DNA of 64,000 bases from Octopus bimaculoides (lineage: Eukaryota): contig NC_068982.1 of assembly GCF_001194135.2 (NCBI RefSeq), positions 190,765,817 through 190,829,816 of the forward strand, in the 5' to 3' direction. The position numbers and the translations under genes are program-made. This document shows positions 13,601-25,702 of the stretch, piece by piece. Under the pieces are notes generated by a model, which was not told where the DNA came from, made no database searches, and worked only from the letters and a program-made list of their open reading frames with translations. Position 1 is the first letter of the stretch, and each line of letters begins with the position of its first letter.

Positions 13601-14871
13601 CTGAAAGATACTAAAGAATTGAACAGAATGAAAATGCTATCATAGATTCGGGAAACGAGAATTAAAACAGATGGAGATCGATGATTTACAGAACAAAACA
13701 GATCGTTGATTTACCATCAAATGTTCAAACTGGAAATGGAAAATATATGGAGGCAGTAAATGCGAAAGAAAAATTGAGTATTAGTTGCTCATTCATAGTC
13801 AGGAGTTAAGATATCAGAGACAAACCCTAACACCAGATCAGTGTAACTAAGAGAAAAATAATAAATTTAGTAGGAATCAGGGGGATAAGAGGATCAAGGT
13901 GTGATGGCTAAAGTTGTAGACAATGTAATCTGTAAATCGATGGTCATGACGATAATCGTATCGTGATGAGGAGGTATACTCGGTCGTATTATGAAAGAAT
14001 ACTGGTGGAGTGTTCCTATGAAAACCTCATTAAAACGTAATTCTAGCAGACTACACAGAATGATCGGGGACTAAAGAAGAAAAAAAACTATAGATAGTAG
14101 CTGAAAACAGTTGTCCAGAAGATGATAAAATTATGTAAGAAATTGGTGAAAAGATAGACATCCATACCAGCCATTAATGAGAAATATGAAGGTAACCTAT
14201 CCAGACTATAGCTTCAGCTCTTTAGACGAGGGTCAGCTGCAAATGTTCATAGGCTGATCAAGATATTCTCGTGGAATGTGACCAAATGAACGATCAACTT
14301 CGTGGCCGGATAACATAGTAGAAATCGGTGTCTGGTCTGTTGGTGTATGCAATGCCGACATGTGTGTTCTGAACTGTGTGTTCTGAACGTTATTTGATCA
14401 CACTTTATCTTTAAATAAAATTATAAAACATCAACCTTCCCTTGAATTCAACAAACGTTGCTTGTTGGGTTATTGTTGTCATTAAATAATAATTTAGGTG
14501 AGTGTTTCTTGACCATTTCTTTCTCGACAGATCCCTTTGGATCCTTTTAAATTTTGCTGGACCTCCGTAACCATTCGCTGTATATGAAAAAAATCTTACT
14601 GCATTTATATGATTAAATATTACTAGGAATTGTATTAATTATTAAAATATTTTGTGTATTATAGAAGCATAACCAATTTATTGCAGATAGATTTTAAGAA
14701 CAAAATCTTATTTTGACCCTCAAGGGCCCACAAACACCCCCGTTCAGAAACTCTGATTTCGATATCCGAGCAGTTTTTGTGACTTCTTCCATACCAGCAA
14801 CCAATACAATTGTCGTTTTTCTCAAATACAATTACTCAAACAATCTATATTTAATTCATGTTTTATTTTTT

Positions 14872-15273
14872 TATCTTTTACTTGTTTCAGTCATTATACT
14901 GTGGCCATGCTGGGGCACCACATTGAAGGGATTTAGTCGGACAAATCCACCCCAGGACTTATTTTTATTTTTTTTAATCTGGTACTTACTCTGTCACTCC
15001 CTTTTGCCGAACCACTAAGTTACGAGGACGTAAACACACCAATAACGTTATCAAGCGGCGATAGGGGAACAAACAGATACAAAGACACGCGCACATAGAT
15101 ATATACATGTATACGACGGGATTCTTTCAGTTTCCATCTACCAAATGCACTCGCAAAGCTTTATTCAACCCAGGGCTATAATAGAAGACACTTGCTCAAG
15201 GTGTCACGCAGTGGGACTGAACCCGAAACCATGTGATTGGGAAACAAGCTTCTTACCACACAGACACGCCTGC
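14872..15273 (-). mobile_element. SINE family C, full length
   Basis: Reverse-complement match: cttgtttcagtcatt...ggccatgctggggcacc ... aaggtgtcacgcagtgggactgaacccg. Confidence 0.85.
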
Positions 15274-15911
15274 GGCTATTTCTTGCCTATATACAAGCAA
15301 GAAATATAAATATATAGACGTTGGAGTTTTCCCTAAAATGACGTATTTTTTCCTTAGCTGCAAGACTTGTTTTTGCTTTGAGAATCCAGTCTGTTATTCT
15401 GACATGTCAGTGTGACCTTCCATACTTCATTTAACGGTACACGTGACTGACTTAACACCATCTACGAGTATTTAACTATTACGTTCCCATCGTAACTTCC
15501 ACCGCCCACTACTTTGATAAAGTATGTCAGAGGAGACACAACAAGTTTTACTGCTGGTTTGGCTATTTTACTTCCTGGTGTCATTATTGTTTAACAAGCG
15601 CCAGGCAATGATGGCGAAGAAAGCCGTCTTTTCGTTCCAAATCATAGAACATCAAAATGTTTTTGAGATCCTTTTCATTGTGAAACGGTTTCTTTCTTTA
15701 GCGAGACATTGTTTTCTTTTTCTCCCTTGGTACACAGCTTGTGAGTTTGTGTCTCGCATGCGCAGAATGTCCGTTCGTTGAAGTAGATTCCTTACAGGTT
15801 TCTTTTGCATTCAAAGATTTGAGTTCATGATTTGAATTTTAATGTATGTATGTATGTATGTATGTATGTATGTATGTATGTATGTATGTATGTATGTATG
15901 CTTGTATGTGA

Positions 15912-16248
15912 AGGCGCATGGCTCAGTGGTTATAGCGTCGAGCTTACGATCGTGAGGCTGTGAGTCCAATTCCTGAACTGGGTGGTGTGTTGTGTTCTTG
16001 AGCAAGACACTTTATTTCACACTGCTACAGTTCACTTAGCTGTAGAAATGAGTTGCAATGTCACAGGTGCCAAGCTGTGTCGGCCCCTTTGCCTTTCCCT
16101 TGGATAACATCAGTAGTGAGGAGAGGGGAGGCTGGTATGCATGGGCGACTGCTGGTCTTCCATCAAGCAACCTTACCCGGACTTGTGCCTCAGAGGGGAA
16201 CTTTGTAGGTGCAATCCCATGGTCATTCATGACCGAACGGGCTCTCAA
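15912..16248 (+). mobile_element. tRNA-derived SINE with family-B head/core and a different 3' tail
   Basis: ggcgcatggctcagtggtt head; ttgagcaagacactttatttcac core (CORE-SINE-like); tail unrelated to the 37984 copy; preceded by (TATG)n. Confidence 0.8.
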
Positions 16249-16692
16249 ATGTATGTGCATGTATGCATGTATGTGTGTGTGTATGTGCTGCTCTGCCCTC
16301 CCGTTGCTGCCCAGCCTGCAGGTCTGACATCTGCTTTATTCACCCCTTATCTAGATGTCTACGCCCCTGCCCCTAACCTGCATAGTCTTTTGCTTATATA
16401 TACTCATCCTTTCAGCTAATGATATCTTGAAATAAACTGAATAATGGGGCAGCTAATTTCCACAACTGTGCACAGTCCCTCTTCTCTATCCCAAATCATT
16501 ATATCAGGTCTGTTGTGTTTACATTTTATTGAGTCCTTCACAGGTACATTCCGCCAGTATTCCTTTTTATCATGAGTGGCTATGGCTTCTACCATATTGT
16601 GGGTTCTTATTTCTTTGTCCTCGGGATTATCCTTCCGACGGATTTCATTATAGTGTTATAGCTTCAACGTGTGTATGTATCTATGGGATGTA

Positions 16693-17060
16693 TGTATGTA
16701 TATACGTGTAAAATGTGGAAGGGTGTGCCTCTCAGTTGGAAGTCTAAAAAGACATGTTAAGAGAGTGCATTTGGTGGCACTTGTTTCTCCTGCCAGCCAG
16801 CACAGTTGTCTGGTATGTAATAAAATGTGTAAAAGCTTGGCCGGGCTTAAAAGTTATATAAGGGCATCACATGGCAACGATCAGGAATCATTTCAGTAAG
16901 TCTTCTTGGCAATGGCTTTTCTCGTGTAACAAGGATGCAGCTGTATGATGTTTGTATGTATGTATGTATGTATGTATGTATGTATGTATGTATGTATGTA
17001 TGCATGTATGTATGTATGTATGTATGTATGTATGTATGTGCGTACGTATGTATGTATGTA
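16693..17060 (+). mobile_element. 3' end of a LINE (RTE-like) encoding two C2H2-type fingers, (TATG)n tail
   Basis: VKCGRVCLSVGSLKRHVKRVH (first Cys lost) and CLVCNKMCKSLAGLKSYIRASH, stop at 16899, short 3' UTR, then (TATG)n 16953..17060. Typical 5'-truncated LINE layout; no splice context. Confidence 0.6.
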
Positions 17061-17249
17061 AGCTTTTGTTTGAGTTTTTTTTATGTCTTTAAGGAAGTTC
17101 AAGCCGGTCGCTAACGAAGCGACAAGACTTTTCGAGTCAAGAGAGTTTACAGTATTTGTAAGCAAATGATTGAATTGGTGTGTTGGTTGAACTGTTGATG
17201 CACACACCCAAAGTCTTGGTTTCGTTCGAAAGTTCCCTGGGCTTTTTTT

Positions 17250-17535
17250 CGATAGTCTCGCGACCAGATGTAGCACTTGCAGACTTCCATCTCTTCCCCC
17301 AAATGAAAATGCAGCTCTAAGGTCACCGTTTTAACACCGTTGTCGCGATCCAGAACGAATCGCAGAAGGTTTTCGACTCGCTTACGGAGAACGACTTCCA
17401 GGCTGGACTCCAAAAGTGCCAAGAAAGCTGGGACCGATGTATTGTTACGAAAGCTGCCTATATAGTAGGAGACGATGTTAAAACTTAGGTAAACAAGTTA
17501 TTTTTTTTTTATCAAACATGACTAGTCCGTGATCT
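17250..17535 (+). mobile_element. Decayed mariner transposase C-terminus
   Basis: YSRDQM*HLQTFHLFPK*KMQL*GHRFNTVVAIQNESQKVFDSL..NDFQAGLQKCQESWDRCI is an eroded YSPDLAP.DF.LFPK.K..LKG.RF...W.RCI motif. Confidence 0.8.
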
Positions 17536-18649
17536 TCCACGTGGTATTTATTTCATGGTTTGATTACTGCCACGATTTTTTCAAAAATGATTGTTTCTTT
17601 GCATTTACTCAAAGATAACCATTCCTTTTACCAGGCTTGTATTATTGGCAAAAATTATAGGGAATAATATTCATTATCCAGAAGAATGAATACTCCTCTA
17701 TGTCAACGTGTCTGTACTCGACGTTATGATATGCTATGACAGGATATGTGTGTGTATATGTATGTATGTATGTCATTATTCAGTTTATTTCAAGATTTCT
17801 TGCCAATAGAGAAAGAACCGGTTTCTAACCTAGATCCAAGGTTCCTTCATTGGAATTTCAACATCAACAACAGAGTATTTTTGTAAGTATGTATGTATGT
17901 ATGTATGTGTGTAAAACAGCTAGTCGAACTATGTAACCCAGATCCGAGCAACTTGTCCATATTCTTGGTATAAACGGAAGGAAGTCAAGACAGATGAAAA
18001 TTAAATTCAAATAATATTTAGATATATATCAGATTCCCAAGTCGATTTCGTCGTACAAGTTTTCTAATTCTTTGAACAGCTGAACTCATTGTAAGTAGCT
18101 GGGTATTCCACAGACACTTGTACTTTAACACAACATTCAGACAGTACCAATGTGACACAGGGTGTAACAAGGCGATAAGGCTGCCACACACTTTCCGTCT
18201 TCCCATTTCATTCAACAAGGATTCGGTAAACCAGAGACTATGACAGATGTGATATGGCGCACTGGGATTGAACAAGAAATATCGTGATGGTGGAACGAAC
18301 TTCGGTCATGTATACATGCGTAACTATTTATACACAAAACTTTAAATGTACCTGTGTGCGTGTGCGTGTGCATGCGAGTATGTGTGTGTGTGTGTGTATA
18401 CATAAATGTGTGAGAGAGTATGTGTATAAGTACGTGTGTGTATATATACAAGCGTGCGTGTGTGTATGCTGTGTACAAAAATCCAGATAATGGTGTCTTA
18501 CAGATAAAAATGCCTATTCTTTGAAACAACGCTTGCGCACACAAACGCGCGCACGCACGCACACGCACGCACACACACACACACACAAATAAATTCATTA
18601 TCTGCTGGGTAGATGTCACTTACACAAATATAATTGTATAAATAATGCT

Positions 18650-18881
18650 GCCAACAACAACAACAACAACAATAATAATAATAATAATAATAATGGCTTC
18701 AAATTTTAGCACAAGCCCAGCAATTTCGGAAAAGGAGCTAGTTGATTACATTGACCCCACTGTCCACCTAGTACTTATTTTATCGACCCCGGAGGGATGA
18801 AAAGCAAAGTCAACCTCGGCAGAATTTGAACACAGGACGTAAGCTGGACGAAATACCGTTAAGCATTCTACTCGGCGTGTC
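18650..18881 (-). mobile_element. SINE family D with (AAC)n(AAT)n tail on + strand
   Basis: ttatcgaccccggagggatgaaaagcaaagtcaacctcggcagaatttgaac is the reverse complement of family D. Confidence 0.8.
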
Positions 18882-19033
18882 AAGAAGAAGAAGAAGAAGA
18901 AGAAGAAGAAGAAGAAGAAGAAGAAGAAGAAGAAGAAGAAGAAGAAGAAGAAGAAAAATAAGAAGAAGAAGAAAAAGAAGAAGAAGAAGAAGAAGAAGAA
19001 GAAGAAGAAGAAGAAGAAGAAGAAGAAGAAGAA
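18882..19033. repeat. (AAG)n tract, 152 bp, forming the tail of a second family D SINE (19034 to ~19575 across the gap)
   Basis: Tract abuts tcctttctaccaaaggcacaaggcc, the family D 3' terminus seen after (AAT)n at 54961..54997. Confidence 0.9.
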
Positions 19034-19779
19034 TCCTTTCTACCAAAGGCACAAGGCCTGAAATTTGTGGACAGGGGACTAGTCGNNNNNNNNNNNNNNN
19101 NNNNNNNNNNNNNNNNNNNNNNNNNNNNNNNNNNNNNNNNNNNNNNNNNNNNNNNNNNNNNNNNNNNNNNNNNNNNNNNNNNNNNNNNNNNNNNNNNNNN
19201 NNNNNNNNNNNNNNNNNNNNNNNNNNNNNNNNNNNNNNNNNNNNNNNNNNNNNNNNNNNNNNNNNNNNNNNNNNNNNNNNNNNNNNNNNNNNNNNNNNNN
19301 NNNNNNNNNNNNNNNNNNNNNNNNNNNNNNNNNNNNNNNNNNNNNNNNNNNNNNNNNNNNNNNNNNNNNNNNNNNNNNNNNNNNNNNNNNNNNNNNNNNN
19401 NNNNNNNNNNNNNNNNNNNNNNNNNNNNNNNNNNNNNNNNNNNNNNNNNNNNNNNNNNNNNNNNNNNNNNNNNNNTCCCCCCCCCCACAATATTCGACTA
19501 ATGTTCTATTTTATCAAACTCCGATGGGATGAAAGGCAAAGGTTAACCATGGCTGGAATCGAAACCAGAACGTGAGCAACCAAATCACTGTATTACCACG
19601 CATGCGGTTTAGTATTCGACTGCCTCTTCTGTCCCTGACGTAATCCACAGGTAGATTCAGTGTGACACGCTCTTGTATCAGAATGTCAATCGTAGGTACA
19701 CGCGTGCGCGTACACACACGCGCACACACACATGCTCACACTTTTGTGTACACACACGTTTCAGTCATTTGACTGCGGC

Positions 19780-19784
19780 TATGC

Positions 19785-19848
<64 letters not shown>

Positions 19849-19858
19849 NNNNNNNNNN

Positions 19859-19914
<56 letters not shown>

Positions 19915-20249
19915 GCATACATACCTACACACATACATAAGTACACCCACACCCACACACACACACATATATATATCACATGTATGTATATAGTTGTGTA
20001 CATTTATGCTCATATATATTATGCGTACTATATATAGAAATACACGCACAGAAATACATACATAATCACGTATATGTGCATGCATGTATACAATATGCAT
20101 ATGTATGTGCATGCGCATAAATATATGTATATACATGTGTGTATATATGTATATATATATATATATATATGCATATTTATATGCATATATATATGCATAT
20201 ATATATGTATATATATATATATATATACATATTTATATATATACATATA
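19780..20249. repeat. TA/TG-rich degenerate microsatellite block
   Basis: Directly visible; flanks assembly gaps. Confidence 0.9.
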
Positions 20250-20790
20250 NNNNNNNNNNNNNNNNNNNNNNNNNNNNNNNNNNNNNNNNNNNNNNNNNNN
20301 NNNNNNNNNNNNNNNNNNNNNNNNNNNNNNNNNNNNNNNNNNNNNNNNNNNNNNNNNNNNNNNNNNNNNNNNNNNNNNNNNNNNNNNNNNNNNNNNNNNN
20401 NNNNNNNNNNNNNNNNNNNNNNNNNNNNNNNNNNNNNNNNNNNNNNNNNNNNNNNNNNNNNNNNNNNNNNNNNNNNNNNNNNNNNNNNNNNNNNNNNNNN
20501 NNNNNNNNNNNNNNNNNNNNNNNNNNNNNNNNNNNNNNNNNNNNNNNNNNNNNTAAAAGAGTTCCAACACTCTGTTTTTTATGTTTTATTTATATTCCTG
20601 CAGAACTAATGTGGGGTATAGAATATGGAATATACAATATATAATATGATATACAATATACAACATAAAATAAAATAAAATAAAAATGGATGGCACCATG
20701 AAAGAAAGTATTGAATGTAGATGAAATATTGAGTGTTCAATATAAAGGATCAAATATATAAATATATAAATATAAATATATATATATAAA

Positions 20791-20830
20791 GGCGACTCGA
20801 GTTTCAGGGCTATTTCCCTTCGTCATGGCC
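20791..20830 (-). ncRNA. Minimal hammerhead ribozyme candidate with a one-base core insertion
   Basis: Minus strand GGC-CAUGACGA-AGGG(AAAUAG)CCCU-GAA-ACUCGAGU-C-GCC: stem I GGC/GCC, 4-bp stem II, 8-nt palindromic stem III, GUC site. Extra A between C3 and U4. Confidence 0.7.
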
Positions 20831-20894
20831 GGTATGACAGACTTTAACATATATACATATGTAGATGTGTAGATATATATATATATATACATGC

Positions 20895-20932
<38 letters not shown>

Positions 20933-21272
20933 GCACACACATAATTTGTTGGTGTTCATGTCTTTTGATTTTATTTCTTTTATTTCCAATCTCAGAACGT
21001 ATGACGTACGCTGTTCTTCGCTGAAGACTGTTTCGAAATTAATCCAGGAACTAAAAACGAGAAAAGAAAGAGGAAGAAAAACAGACGAAGCGGTGCCTGG
21101 CTGGCATCGCTATGTTAATAAATCTCGCTGCATAAATTTCTCTATTGTTTTCATTCTCCGTGTGTGCGGGTGTGTGTGTGTGTGTGCGTACGTATGTGTA
21201 TGTGTGTGTGCGTATGGGTGTATGTGTGCGCGCGCGCATTTGTGCGTATGTGTGTGTGTGCATGTGTGTGTG

Positions 21273-21438
21273 TGTTTATGCGTCTGAGTGTGTGAGACAG
21301 ATTGAGAGAGAGAATATATGACAGAGAGTACGTGTGAGAAAAAGAGAGAGTGTGTGTGTGTGTTTATGCGTCTGAGTGTGTGAGACAGAGAGAGAGAAAG
21401 AGAATATATGACAGAGAGTACGTGTGAGAAAAAGAGAG

Positions 21439-21452
<14 letters not shown>
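21273..21452. repeat. Tandem duplication of an ~88-bp unit upstream of the PDE3 start
   Basis: tgtttatgcgtctgagtgtgtgagacag...agaatatatgacagagagtacgtgtgagaaaaagagagag at 21273 and again at 21361. Confidence 0.9.
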
Positions 21453-21486
<34 letters not shown>

Positions 21487-21697
21487 TGTGTGTGTGTCTG
21501 TGTAAGAGAGAGTTTGTGTGCGTGTGCTACAGCGATAGTTTTCGAAGTTAGCACTTTTAAAGCATTGTGTAGGCTTCGTTGCCCGTCTAGCCATCCATAG
21601 TTTCGTGCTTCGCTTCTCCCCCTCCTCTTCTTCTTGTGCGGCGACCATTCGGATATCCCATGATTCCCGGCAGCAGCGAGTGTTTTGGGAAACCAAG

Positions 21698-22540
21698 ATG
21701 GCTATGCACCGCTCGTCTGTGTCGAGACGGGGCTCTAAAAACGAGTCCGAAAACGATGAGGAGGAGTCAGAGAACAATGGTTATATCCAGATGCTAGTGA
21801 AGCCAATGGAACAAAGTCATTACGGCTTCCTTTTAAATTGGGTCGGACTGAGTGGGTCTAATTTAAGCGCCCAGCAGGTCCGTGTGGTCTATGGTGTGGC
21901 TCTGGTGTTGACGGTGATGTGTGTCTACCAGGTTTTACAATGCGACATCGGACAGTTATTTTACCGATTATGCATTCTCATAGTACCCATGTTTTGTATT
22001 GTAAATGCATTTTATTGGCTTTCACTAGTATTTCGAAAAAGTTGGAGCAATACTAGTCTCTATCTGCTGTTCTCTTCGTGTTATGTCGGAGAGATCGCGG
22101 CCCAAGTCATGTTGGTCCGAAAGAACACGGGGGTCAGCGGAGAGCCGGACGATGTGTCGTCCATGTATATAATGCAACCGTCTGTGGTGTTGGCTGTACT
22201 CATTGCAATCAGTTTTGCTAGTTTATTCTCTTCGTTAGAAACCTTACAAAGCGCTGCTGTCATACTTTTGGTAAGCTTTACACGTTTTCTCGCCTGCACC
22301 TCTCTGGTTGACCTCCCCCAGGGCCTGCGGCCGTTCGTCGCTTATTCTTGTGGATTTTGTGGTATCATCGTATCGAAATACTTGGAAACCGTATTTAAAA
22401 CTACAATAAGCAACAACATGACTCAAGATGGCAAAATTCCTGTCATCAAAAGACGCAGGAGTAGTTCCAGCGCTCATGGATTTTCTGCTCACAAATCTAT
22501 CAGGCGAACATCTCTACCCGCTTTGATACAAAAACCTCAG
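21698..22540 (+). CDS. PDE3: First coding exon (281 codons) of a PDE3-family cGMP-inhibited 3',5'-cyclic nucleotide phosphodiesterase; N-terminal membrane-association region
   Basis: Open frame from ATG in strong context (aagATGg) to CAG|GTAAG phase-0 donor at 22541. About six hydrophobic helices. LRPFVAYSCGFCGIIVSKYLE, KIPVIKRRRSSS and RRTSLP match recalled human PDE3A [34 protein letters not shown] and RRTSLP in the same order. A/B paralog assignment does not apply to an invertebrate gene. Confidence 0.92.
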
Positions 22541-22589
22541 GTAAGAAGAATTTCTTTTATTCAACCAAACAACGCAATAACATTCTTCG

Positions 22590-23220
22590 TTCTTCTCTAG
22601 TCACGTCTCTCTTTTCTCATCTTTCACATCTCCAGCCATCTTCTTCAGCTTTCGTCCAACACTTTCAGTTCGCTCTTTCTTTCTTTCTTCTCTCTTTCAC
22701 CGTCTGTCGCCTTACACACACACACACACGTTTGCCCTTCTCTCTATCCTTGCATTTACACACATACATACATACGTGTGTGTGTGTGTCTCGATCCCTC
22801 TCAAAGCTGTTTCCCTTTCACTGTCCTCCCCCTCTCTCTCTCTCTATGTCTCCCTTTCTTCTTCTCTCTATCTGCCTCACTCTGTCTGTTTATTCTTCTC
22901 TCTCTCACTTTCTTTCACTCTCCGTCTGTCTGAATGCTTCTCTCTCTCTCTCTCTCTCTCTCTGACCCCTCTCTCAATACTTGTCACTCGCTTTCATCTC
23001 TGTCTGTCTCCCTTATTCTCTCTCCCTGTCTTTCTGTCTGCTTCTCTCATTCTTTCCATTCATCTCACTATCATTCTCTGTCTCTCTTTCGCATAATGTC
23101 TCTAATTTTTTTTAGCCATTAATTCTTGTATCTTTTCTTATCTATCTCTCTCTATCTTCCTCTTTCTCCCCCCCCCTCTCTCTCTTCCCTTTCTGTCTCC
23201 ATCTCTTCGTCCACATCTGT
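22590..23220 (+). repeat. Long pyrimidine-rich (CT-type) low-complexity tract at the start of intron 1
   Basis: Strong C/T strand bias with (CT)n runs and short (CA)n/(TG)n inserts. Confidence 0.85.
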
Positions 23221-23927
23221 TAATATTTCTAATCACAAATTACATTCACTTATTACAAACATTACAGAACTACTTATTCACCGCCGACACACAAATATCT
23301 CGATTACATTTCTTATATTTTTAACCTGCAAACTTTTCTTGTTTTTCTTTCTCGTTAATCCATTTCTTTTTTTAATTTTTTTTATTTCTGTCCTTTTACT
23401 CCTTAAAAAACTAAGCCAGTTATCTAGATTTATAGATATAACAACATTATTTCTTAGAAACATCTCAGTGTTGCTATTTCTCGAGTAAAATCTAAAATTC
23501 TAATCGATGTTGGCAGCATGTTGTGTTTCTGTTTACGATATGTACAGTCGCGTGTCTAAGTATGGATGAACATTGGTGTCACAAACCTCTTGAACACACT
23601 TCAATTAGTGATCCCTCCCTTCCTCTCTACATGTATCGCGGAATAATAAGGATGATGTGTGGGTGTATATATATATCTATATGAGGAGATTTTTGATCCA
23701 AAAGCTTCGCAAAGCAATGATACAATAAAGAATTTAATATATTTCAATGTAAAATATAATCATTATTATTTTTCATGTATATCCGACGAGGGAGTTGATG
23801 TTTGTACTTGTGTATTCGATGTGTATATTATACGCACGTACGTGCTCATATACACACGTACATACCCGCTCGCCTGTATATATAACGACAGATGCAGGCA
23901 CACACATACAGACGTGTGTGTACGTAC

Positions 23928-23961
<34 letters not shown>

Positions 23962-23971
23962 NNNNNNNNNN

Positions 23972-24002
<31 letters not shown>

Positions 24003-24264
24003 GTATATGATAGTGACGATTAGGTATTTGTAGGTATATACATACGTACATATATGTATATACGTGTATGTGTCCATACTCACATATTATACGTATACAT
24101 GAAGGTATGTACATACATGTATACGTATAATATGCGTATAGTCACATATTATTTGTATAATATATATACATACATACATCAGTATGTATGTTTATAGTTG
24201 TGTACGTATGTATACGCAGATACAAATATGCATGTGTGTATATGTATATAAATGTATGTGTTTG

Positions 24265-24329
<65 letters not shown>

Positions 24330-24402
24330 CATCTTTCGTTTTGACTTGGTGTGTGTGTATATTGCATGTCTATATTTATGTGTGTATATGTATATATGCA
24401 TA

Positions 24403-24437
<35 letters not shown>

Positions 24438-24671
24438 AATTATGCATATATACATAGATGTGTATGTGTGTATATATACATGTTTGCATATGTAATGTAC
24501 ATGTACCTATATGCGTGTGTATGTATTTACCTCTATGTGTGTGTGTGTGTGTGTGACTGACTTCCATTTTTCCTGAGCGTCAAACTAATATACCTTGTCT
24601 CCATGCCTGTCTCTGTCTTCTGTTCTTTGTGCAATTTTGAACCATATACATACATACATAACGTGTGTGTG

Positions 24672-24713
<42 letters not shown>

Positions 24714-25300
24714 CTCGCTGGCACGCACCTGCACACAAGAGGGAACCAGAGACAATTTTTAATGTTCATCAATATTTTATTTTACAAGTAATTTGAAAAT
24801 GAACAGATAAAAATCAATGCAAAAATAAACCCTGGAAAATTATATACATATGTGTATATGAATCTATATGTGTGTGTGTGTGATATAATAGTATTATGTC
24901 ATATTAAATGGATACAAGTCACACATGCTGTAATGTCTTAGTGAAGGGACAGATTTGTGAGACTGAGACAAATTCGTCGTTAAAATTAATTAACCTTTTA
25001 ACCAGTTTCAACTCGAGAGTTGTGGCTATGCTGGGGCACTACCATTAATTTTTTTTTTTCTTTTTATATATTCATTCATTTACATTGAGATCAGACATTC
25101 AGTACTACTGTGCAATAGATGCGTAAATAGTTTGAAGTGTGTCTGATGATGATGATGATGATGATGATGATGGTTCTTGTATAAATCAATAGATTCTGGG
25201 ATTACCTGTCCACAGGAACAGATTCAGAAGAGCAGCAGTATTAGCACTTACTACTATGGTATTTTTTAAGTGATTTTGTCACATATATGTTTATTTGTAA

Positions 25301-25346
<46 letters not shown>

Positions 25347-25369
25347 GTCTCTATGCCTCATCATCATCT

Positions 25370-25548
25370 TCATCTTCATCATGATTTAACGTCCGTTTCC
25401 CCTGCTAGCATGGGTTGGACGGTTTGACAGTAGGTGGCAAGGCCAGGAACCACGCCGGGCTCCATCGTCTGTTGGTTTCTACAGCTGGATTCACTTCCCA
25501 ACACCAACCACTTTACAGAGTGTACTGGGTGCTTTTTACGCAGCACCA
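25370..25548 (-). mobile_element. Retroposon family E ((GAT)n-tailed)
   Basis: tttaacgtccgtttcccctgctagcatgggttggac... is the reverse complement of 29985..30194. Confidence 0.75.
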
Positions 25549-25624
25549 GCTATCTATCTGTCTACCTATAGACAGATATGTGTGTGTGTGTATTTATGTA
25601 TGTGTATATATGTATATGTATGTC

Positions 25625-25702
25625 TATATATATGGATTTATATGTATGTCTATATATATGGATTTATATGTATGTCTATATATATGGATTTATATGTATG
25701 TC
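25625..25702. repeat. 26-bp minisatellite, three perfect copies
   Basis: tatatatatggatttatatgtatgtc at 25625, 25651 and 25677. Confidence 0.9.

Noticed and set aside
16669-16899. Host C2H2 zinc-finger gene exon
   Set aside because: No splice acceptor, degenerate ligands, and a short UTR plus simple-repeat tail favour a LINE 3' end.
18826-19085. Poly-Arg / poly-Leu / poly-Ser ORFs
   Set aside because: Translations of the (AAG)n SINE tail; the same applies to the many CV/HT/YI/ER-repeat ORFs from dinucleotide tracts.
21605-22600. 331-aa ORF as given in the ORF track
   Set aside because: Starts at a GTG upstream of the well-contexted ATG 21698 and reads through the GTAAG donor; the last 19 residues are intronic.
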